Source of the DNA: Octopus vulgaris
Taxonomy: Eukaryota
Direction of reading: 5' to 3'
DNA: 64,000 nucleotides
Assembly (NCBI GenBank): GCA_951406725.2
Contig: OX597817.1
Span: 16,244,001-16,308,000 of the forward strand
Shown: positions 1-11,864 of the stretch, in pieces
How positions within the stretch are numbered: the stretch's first letter is position 1
How the letters are laid out: each line of letters opens with the position of its first letter
Notes under the pieces: generated by a model
What the model was told of the DNA's origin: nothing
Database searches by the model: none
What the model saw: the letters and a program-made list of their open reading frames with translations, nothing else
Translations under genes and position numbers: made by a program

Positions 1-329
1 TGTCATCCAAGACTAAAGAACTACTATCCTCCCATCGTAGTGGCTTTACATGCACTCACACCGACACACACACACAGACACATTAACAGCCACAAAGTTA
101 GTAATAATGAATACACACCATCATACATACGGAACAAGGTTAAGAAATATATAAATACATATATACATAATACAAATAAAAGTATAAAAAATATATACAT
201 ATATACAAAAAACTGCCATGCACATAATACACGTAAAATTATTCATAAAAATTCATTAAAAAATACACACAAGAATACACACACACACAGACACAACACA
301 AAATACACACTCACAATTTTTCATATTTC

Positions 330-514
330 ATTGGATGGCCGTTGACTCTTCTAAGTTCTTCCGCCCTTTGACGAGTCTTGTTTTTTTTTATATCCTGCAA
401 GGTATTCAACAGTCACCTTCCTCAAAAGGTAAGCTTGGTGAAATTGCCGGTTTAGTCGCCGACGACCCGATCCTGGGATACATGTTACCAGTAGCACATA
501 AGAGCAACCTGACA
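330..514 (-). mobile_element. 5' part of RTE-like bipartite non-autonomous element (family D)
   Basis: Reverse complement matches 3281-3472 (tcagg..gctactggtaacatgt..ggcgactaaaccggcaa..gtcaacggccatccaa), with an internal deletion. Confidence 0.75.
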
Positions 515-537
515 TAAAATCGTATATAAATATATAG

Positions 538-757
538 CAGTGCTTTTCTACCTTTTTTCCTGGAGCGGAACCCCAAGGAAACATTCCACTGGCTCGAGGA
601 ACCCCTGTGCAATAATATAATAGTCTTTTGCATACATATCTGCACAGGAGAATTAAAAATTACTGCCGATTTTAGCAGTTTTGTAACTTCTTGCGGAACC
701 CCTGGACTGTACTGGCGGAACCCTAAGGTTCCGCGGAACCCTGGTTGAAAACCACTG
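538..757. mobile_element. hAT-type MITE
   Basis: TIRs cagtgcttttctacc / ggttgaaaaccactg; 8-bp TSD atatatag at 530-537 and 758-765; internal ggaaccc motifs. Confidence 0.85.
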
Positions 758-1736
<979 letters not shown>

Positions 1737-1807
1737 CGGCATTTATTATTCTTAAGAATGTTGTTGACTGTGACCTCGAAGTTTCAACCGGTTAAGCCAT
1801 CGTCGGC

Positions 1808-2550
1808 TTGTTTCAGTCGTTTTACTTGTTTCAATCAGATTGCGGCCATGCTAAAGCACCGCCTTGTAGGGATTTTTTGTCGAAGAAATTAGCTTATTTC
1901 TTAAAGCCTAGTAATTATTCCAACGATTCTTTTGCCGAACCGCTAGATTACGAGGATGTAAGCACATCGACACCGGTTGTCAAGCGGTGATGAGGGACAA
2001 ACAAGGACACACGGACACACGCACATAGACATGTACATATATACATATATATATCGTCTGTAAAAAAAAAATATATCCAAAAGAAGAAGCACGTTCTAAG
2101 ATATAGAGCAGTATATTAAAAATGGGGAAGGCCGGTTTATAGAATTACCTTAGGTTTCCCGTCTATAAAGGGTTAGCTTTATGGCATATTGTCAGATCCC
2201 AAAACCTGTTGGTGCAAGGCTTCTTAAGAATATGGAGAAAGAAATGCCTCACTATTGAATAGTGAGGCATTTCGGCCTCCACATTTTCAGGAGGCCTTCG
2301 GCCTACAAGTTTTGGGATCTGACGATACGCCATAAAGCTAAACCCTTTATAGACGGGAAACTTAAGGTAATCCCATAAACCGGCTTTCCTCATTTTTAAT
2401 ATGAACTTCTCTCCGTTTCCATCCACCAAATCCACTCACAAGGCTTTGGTTAGCCTGAGGCTATAGAAGGCACTAGCCCAAAGTGTCACAGAGTGGGACT
2501 GAATCCGGAAATATGTGGTTGGGAAGCAAGCTGCTTACTACACAGTTACG
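1808..2550 (-). mobile_element. tRNA-derived SINE family A, diverged, interrupted by a MITE
   Basis: Matches the family A tail (tttcagtc..gcggccatgct) and head (caaatccactcacaaggc..gtgggactgaa). Confidence 0.8.
2120..2395. mobile_element. Foldback MITE with ~95-bp TIRs, Kolobok-like (TTAA flanks, AA..TT termini)
   Basis: aaatggggaaggccggtttat..gatcccaaaac is mirrored by gttttgggatc..ataaaccggctttcctcattt; TTAA on both sides; partial relative at 42409-42510. Confidence 0.7.
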
Positions 2551-2675
2551 TCAAAGCATAAATATATGAATGTGTGTGTGTGTGTTAGGTAATGAGCAAA
2601 AGGAAAGTGGCAAAATGAAAGGGAGTAGATTTTACGAAGATTAGCTTATTCTAACACTTAAAAGGAAGGGAAAGT

Positions 2676-2719
2676 GTCTTGACGTTTCAGACTCTAGTCT
2701 TTCATCAGAAAAAAAAGAC
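2676..2719 (-). ncRNA. Minimal type I hammerhead ribozyme motif (Penelope-like pLTR type)
   Basis: Minus strand: gtctttttttt-CTGATGA-a-agac(taga)gtct-GAAA-cg-TC-aagac. Confidence 0.65.
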
Positions 2720-3247
2720 AGAAAAGTAAGAATGGAGAAAACAGAAAAAGCGGGAAGAAAGAAAAACGTTTAAGAGTCAGGTGGAGATGCGTTAGTAAAA
2801 GAGGAGTTAGTGGGGTTGTGTGTGCATATACTGGAGTGTATCCGTGCGCAGAGATAAGCATAGGGTGTGTGGTGGTGATGGTGCTGGTGGTGGTGGTGGT
2901 GGTGGTGCTGGTGGTGGTGGTGGTGGTGGTGGTGGTGGTGGTGGTGGTGGTGGTGGTGTAGGGTGTGGGTAGTTTTTCGAGATGTGTGTAGGCGTGTGAA
3001 AGTGTGGGAGTGCAGTATTAAGTATTGTGAGTTAGTAGCAGCATGGGAGAATGCTGTATAGGTGCAATCGTATTGTGAATGAGAAGCCGTGGGGAAGTGA
3101 GAGGGGGGTAAAAAAAAACACCGAAGAAATACTGCAAGTTGTGAGAAAATATAGAATGATAATACAAGTGAAATGTCAGGAAGTTATACATACATAAATG
3201 CACACACACATACACACACACACACATACACATACACACATATACAG

Positions 3248-3278
<31 letters not shown>

Positions 3279-3280
3279 TG

Positions 3281-3835
3281 TCAGGTCACTTTCGAGTGCT
3301 ACTGGTAACATGTAACCCAGTAAAACCTGTTGCATGGTCGGGCCGTCGGCGACTAAACCGGCAACCCCACCAAGCTTGCTTGGTGAGGAGGGTGTTTATT
3401 GGACACCCTGCGGGATGAAAAACAAAACCCGTCAAAGGGCGGAGGAACTCTTGAGAGTCAACGGCCATCCAATAAATGTCTTAAGGCTGTATCATGCGCG
3501 GGGACATAGAAATAATCGGACTGAATACCCAATCGCGCGGTTAAACCATTGGGAGTGAAGGACTTCTAGCCTTTGTCAGGGCATCCTTCTAGGAAACGGT
3601 AACTCAGGTAACTGGGATAACTCCGACATAAAACCTGCGGCTCAGTGGTTACCGATGATGTTGACTTGTTCTTCTTTTCGGATTATGGCTGCTGTTGCTT
3701 AGTGAGTGAGATTGACTCAGTGCACAGCCTTTCTTCACTTTAAAAAAAATCTTCTTGCATAGGCATTGCACGATAACAACATTGATTAAGCTTCGTGCAA
3801 TGGCCATACTTGATAACGAGGGGGCAGCCACCATG
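3281..3835 (+). mobile_element. RTE-like bipartite non-autonomous retroelement (family D), apparently full length, flanked by (TATG)n
   Basis: Four copies in the window; RTE 5'-region-like motif ctagga..aactc..aaaacctgcgg; ends ccatg(tatg)n. Confidence 0.65.
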
Positions 3836-4467
3836 TATGTATGTGTGTATGTATGTATATTGGCATATGGGTACATGGGTACATAAATACATACATATAC
3901 AGAGATTGGTCAAAATAATGGAAGCACCACTTTACATTTAACTGTTTTTTTCTATTGGCGATATGACAAATTCAAAACTATTCTAGTATCTATCTCTCTC
4001 TCTCTATATATATATATATATGTTTGTATGCCTTATGACTTGTATTTCAAAATATAGCTCTCTGGGGGTTTTTCTCTCTTTTTGGCCGTTATTTATATTG
4101 AAATAAGTTAAAATGCGTGACCTATCTGATTTCCAAAGACGATAAATCGTTGAAGTGTGGTTGGATGGAACTTCAGTCAAGAAAATATATGAATTGCTTA
4201 ATGTTTCGAAATGTACAGCTTCTAAAATCATGTTTCTAAAAAACAAGGTAAAAACCAGCTCTGGTAAGCGTAATTCTGGACGGAAGGTAAAGCTTGCAAA
4301 GCGGGGTCGCAGAATAGTAAAGCTTATTGTGCCTAAAAACCATCGAACTACGACAGCAAAAGTGACAGCAGTACTAAACCACTTCCTTGCCAACCACGAG
4401 TCAACCAAAAATATTCGTTGTGAGCTCTGTAAAGCTGGATACAATAATAGGGTTACAACTGCTAAAA

Positions 4468-4698
4468 GGCGGAGAGCTGGCAGAAACGTTAGCACGCCGG
4501 GCGAAATGCTTAGCGGTATTTCGTCTGCGTTACGTTGTGAGTTCAAATTCCGCCGAGGTCGACTTTGCCTTTCATCCTTTCGGGGTCGATAAATTAAGTA
4601 CCAGTTACGCACTGGGGTCGATGTAATCGACTTAATACCTATGTCTGTCCTTGTTTGTCCGCTCTGTGTTTAGCCCCTTGTGGGTAATAAAGAAATAG
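4468..4698 (+). mobile_element. tRNA-derived SINE family C (Meta/MESC-like central domain)
   Basis: A/B-box head, core gactttgcctttcatcctttcggggtcgataaa, TSD gttacaactgctaaa. Confidence 0.9.
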
Positions 4699-4905
4699 GT
4701 TACAACTGCTAAACATCTTCCGTCCCCCATCGACACTGATGAACAGAGAAAATGGTGTCATAAGAGATCGGTGGCTCAGTGGAACAATTTTGTCTTCTCT
4801 GGTGATTCATTATTCAACTTTTTTCCCAATTCAGAGCGAGTTTATGTCGGAATTCAGCCCAAAGAAACACTCAAACTTGACATTTTGGCCCCTATCATGA
4901 AGCAT

Positions 4906-5209
4906 GTGGAGACACATGCCCTAGTGGTTAGAGCAGCAGACTCGCAGTTGAAGGATCGTGGGTTCGAATCTCAGATCGGGCGATGTGTGTGTTTATGAGC
5001 GAAACACCTAAGCTCCACGCGGCTCCGGCAGAAGGTAATGGCGAACCTCTGCTGACTCTTTCGCCACAATTTCCTCTCACTCTTTCCTCCTGCATCGAGC
5101 AGGTCATCTGCGACGGACCTGCGTCCCGTCCAGGTGGGAAACCTATACGCCAAAGAAACCGGGAAACCGGCCCTTATGAGCCAGGCATGGCTCGAGAAGG
5201 AACAAACAA
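4906..5209 (+). mobile_element. tRNA-derived SINE with family B head and a different, V-domain-like body
   Basis: TSD ctatcatgaagcat (4892-4905, 5210-5223); head gtggagacacatgccctagtggttag..ggttcgaatc; ctgcgacggacctgcgtcccgtccagg. Confidence 0.85.
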
Positions 5210-5256
5210 CTATCATGAAGCATAGGGGTCGTTGTGTAGTGATTTGGACTGCCAAA

Positions 5257-5487
5257 GGCGGCGAGCTAGCAGAAGCGTTAGCACACCGGGCGAAATGCTA
5301 AGCGGTATTGCGTCTGTCGTTGCGTTCTGAGTTCAAATTCCGCCGAGGTCGACTTTGCCTTTCATCCTTTCGGGGTCGATAAATTAAGTACTAGTTACGC
5401 ACTGGGGTCGATGTAATCGACTTAATCCCTTTGTCTGTCCTTGTTTGTCCCCTCTATGTTTAGCCCCTTGTGGGTAATAAAGAAACA
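5257..5487 (+). mobile_element. SINE family C
   Basis: TSD gatttggactgcca (5241-5254, 5488-5501). Confidence 0.9.
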
Positions 5488-6005
5488 GATTTGGACTGCC
5501 ATATTATGGAATTCTCTTAACCTTGACAGTGTTAACATCAAGAATTATTTGAATATTTCGGCGAGTCCTATCCATCTTTTGCTAGAAACATTATTCGCTG
5601 ATGGGAGCACAATCTTCCAAGACGATAATGGGCCGATTCACATGAGGAATATTATTCAAAATGGGTACGAAAAGCACAAAAGTGAAGTAGACCTCTTGGA
5701 TTACCCTAATTCCACCCCTTATAATAGTCGGACCTCAGTATAATCAAACGTATATGGTGCATTTTGGAGCAGCAAGTAAAGGGTCGCTTCCATCCGCCAT
5801 CGCCGCAAAAAAAGGGTAAAGCATATTCTACTTGAAGTATGGCACCAAATTCCCCTACCAACTGCTTAGAACCAGTACAAGTCAATAAAGCTGTAGTTAA
5901 CCAAAGCTGAACAAATCCTGTATTAAATAATAAAACTTCCATCTAATAAGGTATTTCCATTACTATGTCTAGCCACTGTGTGTGTGTGTATATATATATA
6001 TATAT

Positions 6006-6420
6006 AAACTTACTTGGAGGAAATTTTATATGTATCGTTTTTACGTCCTGTTTTTGTCACATTTTTTCCTTTCCTTGTTTTTACCCCTCTGCAAAGGAAT
6101 TTTATTTAATTCTTTCGCAGGAAGGGCTAGTTCGACGAGTCGTGTTCTGTCCTCACCTTCGAAACACGCATGGAGTCGAACTAGGGACAGCTGATGAAGG
6201 GGAATTTTCCTTGTGTTGTTTGTCTTGTACTCTGTTTTTTCGTTGTTAAAAAAAGGTCCGTTTCCATGTTTGTTTTTACGCTTTCGTTTCTCGTTGAGTT
6301 CTACGTCTATTTGTGGTGTCCTGTACTCACGTATATATATTTATATATGCATGTATATATACATGTAGATGTAGGTACGTACATATATGTATGTATGCAT
6401 ATATTTTATTTATTAAATTA
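6006..6420 (+). mobile_element. Non-coding insert in a TA tract carrying a permuted hammerhead (Penelope-like pLTR candidate)
   Basis: T-rich body between (TA)n and (GATA)n; its 3' ~100 bp recurs at 55710-55812. Confidence 0.6.
6127..6203 (+). ncRNA. Hammerhead ribozyme core in non-circularly permuted strand order
   Basis: cgtgT-T-ctgtcc (6141-6152), ccttc-GAAA-cacg (6156-6168), ggacag-CTGATGA-agggga (6185-6203), plus 10-bp helix ctagttcgac/gtcgaactag. Confidence 0.65.
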
Positions 6421-6425
6421 GATAT

Positions 6426-6516
<91 letters not shown>

Positions 6517-6526
6517 CATTCTCTCT

Positions 6527-6907
6527 AAGCACTCCGTCGGTTACGACGACGAGGGTTCCGGTTGATCCGATCAACGGAACAGCATGCTCGTGAAATTAAC
6601 GTGTAAGTGGCTGAGCACTCCACAGATACGTGCACCCTTAACGTAGTTCTCGGGGATATTCAGCGTGACACAGAGAGTGACAAGGCCGGCCCTTTGAAAT
6701 ACAGGTACAACAGAAACAGGAAGTAAGAGTGAGAGATAGTTGTGGTGAAAGAGTACAGCAGGGATCACCACCATCCCCTGCCGGAGCCTCGTGAAGCTTT
6801 AGGTGTTTTCGCTCAATAAACACTCACAACGCTCGGTCTGGGAATCAAAACCGCGATCCTACGACCGCGAGTCCACTACCCTAACCACTGGGCCACTGCG
6901 CCTCCAC
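6527..6907 (-). mobile_element. tRNA-derived SINE family B
   Basis: Near-identical to the reverse complement of 8174-8558. Confidence 0.92.
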
Positions 6908-7089
6908 GTTATACCTACAAGTGTACTCTCCAATATCCTCTAGATACGGAACTATAACAACAATAATACTAGTGGTTAGTATCAATGATGATAATTATAA
7001 TAATTATCAAGTCTAACTGTACGTGTTATAATGATGACAATGATAATAATGGTAATAATAATAGAGAATAATTACAATAATTATTTGAA

Positions 7090-7452
7090 TGTGGCTGTGT
7101 GGTAAGAAGGTTGCTTCCCAACCACATGGTTCCGGGTTCAGTCCCGCTGTGTGACACCTTGGACAAATGTCTTCTTCTGTAGCCTCGTGCGGACCAAAGC
7201 CTTGTGGGTGGATTTAGTAGACAGAAACTGAAAGAAGCCCGTCATGTGTGTGTGTGTTTCCTTCACCACCATCGCTTGATAACCAATGTTGGTGTGTATA
7301 CGTCCCCGTAACTTAACGGTTTGGTAGAAGAGACCGATAGAATAAGCACCAGGCTTACAAAGAATAAGTCCATGGTTCGATTTCTTCGACTAAAAGGCAG
7401 TGTTCCAGCATCGCCATAGTCAGATGACTGAAACAAGGAAATGAATACAAGA
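7090..7452 (+). mobile_element. SINE family A, diverged
   Basis: gtggctgtgtggtaag..ggttcagtccc..caccttgg..gactgaaacaag. Confidence 0.85.
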
Positions 7453-7523
7453 AAAGGAAATGCCAGTAATTGCATTAATACTGATTTTAACTATAGTAAT
7501 GACATAAGGAATAATCATCATAA

Positions 7524-7888
7524 GGCGCAGGAGTGGCTGTGTGGTAAGTAGCTTGCTAACCAACCACACGGTTGCGGGTTCAGTCCCACTGCGTGGCATC
7601 TTGGGCAAGTGTCTTCTGCTATAGCCCCGGGCCGACCAATGCCTTGTGAGTGGATTTATTAGACGGAAACTGAAAGAAGCCTGTCGTATATATGTATATA
7701 TATATGTATATGTATGTGTTTGTGTGTCTGTGTTTGTACCCCTAGCATTGCTTGACAACCGATGCTGGTGTGTTTACGTCCCCGTCACTTAGCGGTTCGG
7801 CAAAAAGAGACCGATAGAATAAGTACTAAAAGGTGGTGCTCCAGCATGGCCGCAGTCAAATGACTGAAACAAGTAAAAGAGTAAAGAG
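7524..7888 (+). mobile_element. SINE family A (CORE-like cttgggcaagtg, internal TA/TG microsatellite)
   Basis: Head ggcgcaggagtggctgtgtgg, tail aagtaaaagagtaaagag. Confidence 0.92.
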
Positions 7889-8173
7889 ATAAGAATAACG
7901 ATTCGTATAACAAAAACACTAATTGTACTAGATCAGAGCTGGCCAACCTGAGGCCAGCTTGATACTTTCTTGAAATGGGTTTATTTAAACAAACATTTTA
8001 AAAAGTTTATCAAAAATTAAAGATTGTAATAAAATGTACAAAAAAAAAGATACAACTGTTTTTGCAACAATAATATTTCATGTTGTATCAACGATCATTC
8101 ATTCATTATTGTAATAATAGCATGAGAAAGCAAAATGCTTTCAATTCTGTCAGCCACGCTCTATTCTAGTAGC

Positions 8174-8558
8174 GTGGAGGCGCAATGGCCCAGTGGTTAG
8201 GGTAGCGGACTCGCGGTCATAGGATCGCGGTCCCGATTCCCAGACCGGGCGTTGTGAGTGTTTATTGAGCGAAAACACCTAAAAGCTCCACGAGGCTCCG
8301 GCAGGGGATGGTGGTGATCCCTGCTGTACTCTTTCACCACAACTTTCTCTCACTCTTACTTCCTGTTTCTGTTGTACCTGTATTTCAAGGGGCCGGCCTT
8401 GTCACTCTCTGTGTCACGCTGAATATCCTCGAGAACTACGTTAAGGGTGCACGTGTCTGTGGAGTGCTCAGCCACTTACACGTTAATTTCACGAGCAGGC
8501 TGTTCCGTTGATTCGGATCAACCGGAACCCGCGTCGTCGTAACCGACGGAGTGCTTCC
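8174..8558 (+). mobile_element. SINE family B, full length
   Basis: tRNA-like head gtggaggcgcaatggcccagtggttagg..cgattccc; TSD attctagtagc. Confidence 0.93.
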
Positions 8559-8599
8559 ATTCTAGTAGCACGCGTATGTAGTTTGCAAGTGTTAATTGA

Positions 8600-9400
8600 A
8601 CGTCTTTTTTGCTGTTTTATATGTACTCACATTTATGTATACACTTTAAAATAAGTCTTCGAAAGACTGAGCGCATATGTATTATATATCAAATGTAAGT
8701 AAAATATACATTGTATCATACAATATTCTAACTCTAGTAGTAGTGCTTTAACTGCATACCATACTTTTCTGTATAAAGTGATCAATGTAATAAGTGTTTG
8801 TCAGTAAAAGAGAGATTATAGCATAAAAACCACAACTGTTTGAAATATTCTTTTATAAGTGGCAATAAAGCAATAATAGCCTACAATTTTACAATTTTAA
8901 ACAAACGAAAAGTATGAAAAATTCTTGATTCTGTAATTTGATTATTTGACAATCAGTGCATAAATTATATAAGCGATCCTCAAAAACCTTTCTGTATTTA
9001 AAGTGGCCCTCAATGTAATTCGAATTGACCAGGCCTGTACTAAATGAACTTGAGTGAATAGTTATAATGATAGTCATGGCAAGAACAAAAAATGCAATAG
9101 TAGTAATAACGATAATGATTGTAGTCATTTTGAAACATTTGGGAGACTGACAGACATCACACAACATGAATTATGGTAATGTAAGTGTTGATGGAGTGGC
9201 TAACGCACATAACAACTATATTGATTGTGGTTGTGTGCTGCATAACAGTATTTGTTATGTAACCCGCAATATTCCAATCCCAATGATAACTAGATTGTGT
9301 AATTGTAAGAAGAAATATAAATGCCCGCTACGAAATAAACCGACCAAAAATATAGTAAATAAATGATATGCTGAAACTAATCTGTATATTTACGTAAGTT
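8600..9400 (-). pseudogene. Possible decayed intronless membrane receptor (class A GPCR-like) gene
   Basis: Broken frames give TINIVVMCVSHSINTYITIIH (TM3-like), KMTTIIIVITTIAFFVLAMTII (TM4-like) and YIIHMRSVFRRLILKCIHKC (helix 8-like). Confidence 0.25.
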
Positions 9401-9903
9401 CCACTTCTTCCAATCTTTAATCAAGTTTACATAATCGTCTTCATACATTTAGAAGGAGAGATAGAGCGAAAACAACCTCACCTTCCGCGAAGGTCTAAAA
9501 GTTAAAGGACAAAAATATCGATTTTCATCCAACGTAGAACGTCGTTAGACATGCTAAGTCTTATGTTGGTGATAGATGTGGTTGTTATCTCTGCTGTTTG
9601 AAATTGTTGGAAACCTTTAAAGTTACGAGTGAAGTTATGAATAGATCGAGTGAATTATGGATCAAATGCAAACTATTTTACGGAACGTTCTAATAATTTC
9701 ATCCGATTCTATAAAGTCTTCGACGGGCCCTAGATAAGTGTCTATAACCCTACAATATATAGCTTAATTACTCGCAATAAGATCCATGGATTATATTATC
9801 AGCGTATCTTAATACTATTAATACATTTAACTGAAAATTTTAAAGTCACTTTTGTACACCTTTAGTTCTAAAGACCAAAGGGTGCACATTCGTAAATTTT
9901 ATA

Positions 9904-10294
9904 TCTTTATATATTAAAGTAAGGTTGTGTGTCTGTCTACTTCGATTTAGATTCCTAACTACTCCCACATTTTGCGGTGCAGTTTAACCAAAAGCGGGTA
10001 TCTTATAGTCGTGATTCATATCGAGCCCTTCTGGGTATTAGCGCGCGTCTACGATGAGTGTACGATTTTTAAAATAATTTACCATCATTTTTTTCCATTT
10101 TAATGCATATTTTTTAATATAAGGGAAGCAACTCTCTAAAAATGTCTATGATGAGTCAACGATTTAAAAAAATTTACCATCATATTTTTTCAAAATTTAA
10201 TGCATTTTTTTGCTATTTTTTTACTATAACTCTCTAAAAATGCTTTATAGTTATTTCCCTTACAAACCCGAGCAACGCCGGGCGATACTGCTAG
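9904..10294 (+). mobile_element. Non-autonomous Helitron (family H1)
   Basis: A|TC start, 3' hairpin cccgagcaacgccggg, CTAG|T end, no TSD. Confidence 0.9.
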
Positions 10295-10429
10295 TAATAC
10301 ATAATTTATTAACTTTATTCAGTTTGTTTCTAACCTTAAGTGGTATCTTTTTAATATTTGCTTCATCCTCCCTGCATCCTCTGTATAATTCTTTATAATT
10401 CTTTTATCATTTTCCTAATACTCATTATA

Positions 10430-10743
10430 CACCTTCTCCTTGACTTACGACTGAGTTTCGTTCCGACTGACAGGTCGTAAGTCGATCTGGTCGTATGTCA
10501 GATTATATTTTTCAACACTATTTTCATTCATGCAACTGATGCTTGAAAGTGACTGAGTGAGAGAGACAGCAGTAGACAGCGGATGCCTGGGCCTGATGGA
10601 GATCTGTTACCAGATACTGCCATAGTTATCGTACGCGCAGCTGCCCAACGTCGGAAAATCGATTTTTTAATTTAATTTTTACTTTTGTGGTCGTATATGC
10701 GGATAGTCGCAAGTCGCATGGGTCGTAAGTCGAAGAGACGGTG
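10430..10743. mobile_element. Tc1/mariner (pogo/Tigger-like) MITE
   Basis: TIR caccttctccttgacttacgac / gtcgtaagtcgaagagacggtg, TA on the left. Confidence 0.75.
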
Positions 10744-11224
10744 CAATTTTAAATTATTATAGAAGTGATCTGACTTATTTACTTCACCTATATGATTTTA
10801 ATTAATTTGCCTTATTCTCAATAATAGTGTGATATTATTAGTTAATAGAATCGTTAAGATTCTGGCTTTTCGGGAGTTTTTGTTAGGAATATCGGTTCTG
10901 TTTTTCTTTCTCAATTAATTTCAGCCTTTTGACTCATAACTTCATTACAGCTATATAACTGATCTCTCTAATTTTGATATTTAGCGAACATAAATATATA
11001 AACTTATGCCTTTTATATTGACACTGCATAATTTTCAATACTCTATTTTACGGTGCATAGACTATCTGGTCTTGGCTGAGAAGTGCAAGACACTCAATGA
11101 AAAATTCAATGATGGGATGTGGTCGTGTATTAGCGTAGGTGGTAATTGTCTGAAAGCTTGCTGCGAGAAGCACCCATTGCTGCAATATCAGAGTGAGGGA
11201 GTGAGATTCTCTCTATATATATTT

Positions 11225-11435
11225 GCTAGCACGCCGGGCGAAGTGCTTCGCGGTATTTCGCCCGTCGCTACGTTCTGAGTTCAAATTGCGCCGAGGTCCA
11301 CTTTGCCTTTCATCCTTTCGGGGTCGATTAAATAAGTACCAGTTACGCACTGGGGTCGATATAATCGACTTAATCCCTTTGTCTGTCCTAGTTTGTCCCC
11401 TCTGTGTTTAGCTCCTTGTGGGTAATAACGAAATA
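11225..11435 (+). mobile_element. SINE family C, 5' clipped
   Basis: Core ctttgcctttcatcctttcggggtcga; a second, diverged copy follows at ~11498-11645. Confidence 0.88.
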
Positions 11436-11773
11436 TATATATATATTTGCTAAAAATACTTGATATAGTTACAATATTTCAAAAACGATTACGTTCAAGG
11501 TTCAAATTCCGCCAAGGTCGACTTTGCCGTTCATCTTTCAGGGTCGGTAAAATAAGAACCAGAACCAGATGAGTACTGGGGTAGATTTAATTCACTTAGC
11601 TTTTTCTCTCGAAAATACTAGCTTTCTGCCCAAATTTGAAATCGATATTTGAAGAAAGATTTTCTTAAAAGTTATTAACTATTTAAAAAACATTTTGAAA
11701 AACAGGATGACACGAACATTTTGGAATGAAGTTTTCGTATTGTGTGTAAGCGCTTTCATCTTTCAACTTTTCA

Positions 11774-11860
<87 letters not shown>

Positions 11861-11864
<4 letters not shown>

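Larger units (their letters stand above)
4113..5900 (+). pseudogene. Tc1-like transposase pseudogene
   Basis: HTH region MRDLSDFQR..GTSVKKIYELLNVSKCT..SGRKVKL; FVFSGDS (first D region); IFQDDNGPIH (second D); SDLSIIKRIW (E region); stops, frameshifts and SINE insertions. Confidence 0.85.
3900..5978 (+). mobile_element. Tc1-family DNA transposon, degenerate, with three nested SINEs
   Basis: TIR-like cagagattggtcaaaataatggaagcacc / ggtatttccattactatgtctagccactg, with TA on the left. Confidence 0.85.

Noticed and set aside
8174-8250. tRNA genes
   Set aside because: A and B boxes are SINE heads continuing into conserved bodies with TSDs; no complete cloverleaf or terminator
8308-8511. Recurrent 67-aa ORF MVVIPAVLFHH
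   Set aside because: Recurs only because it lies within SINE family B
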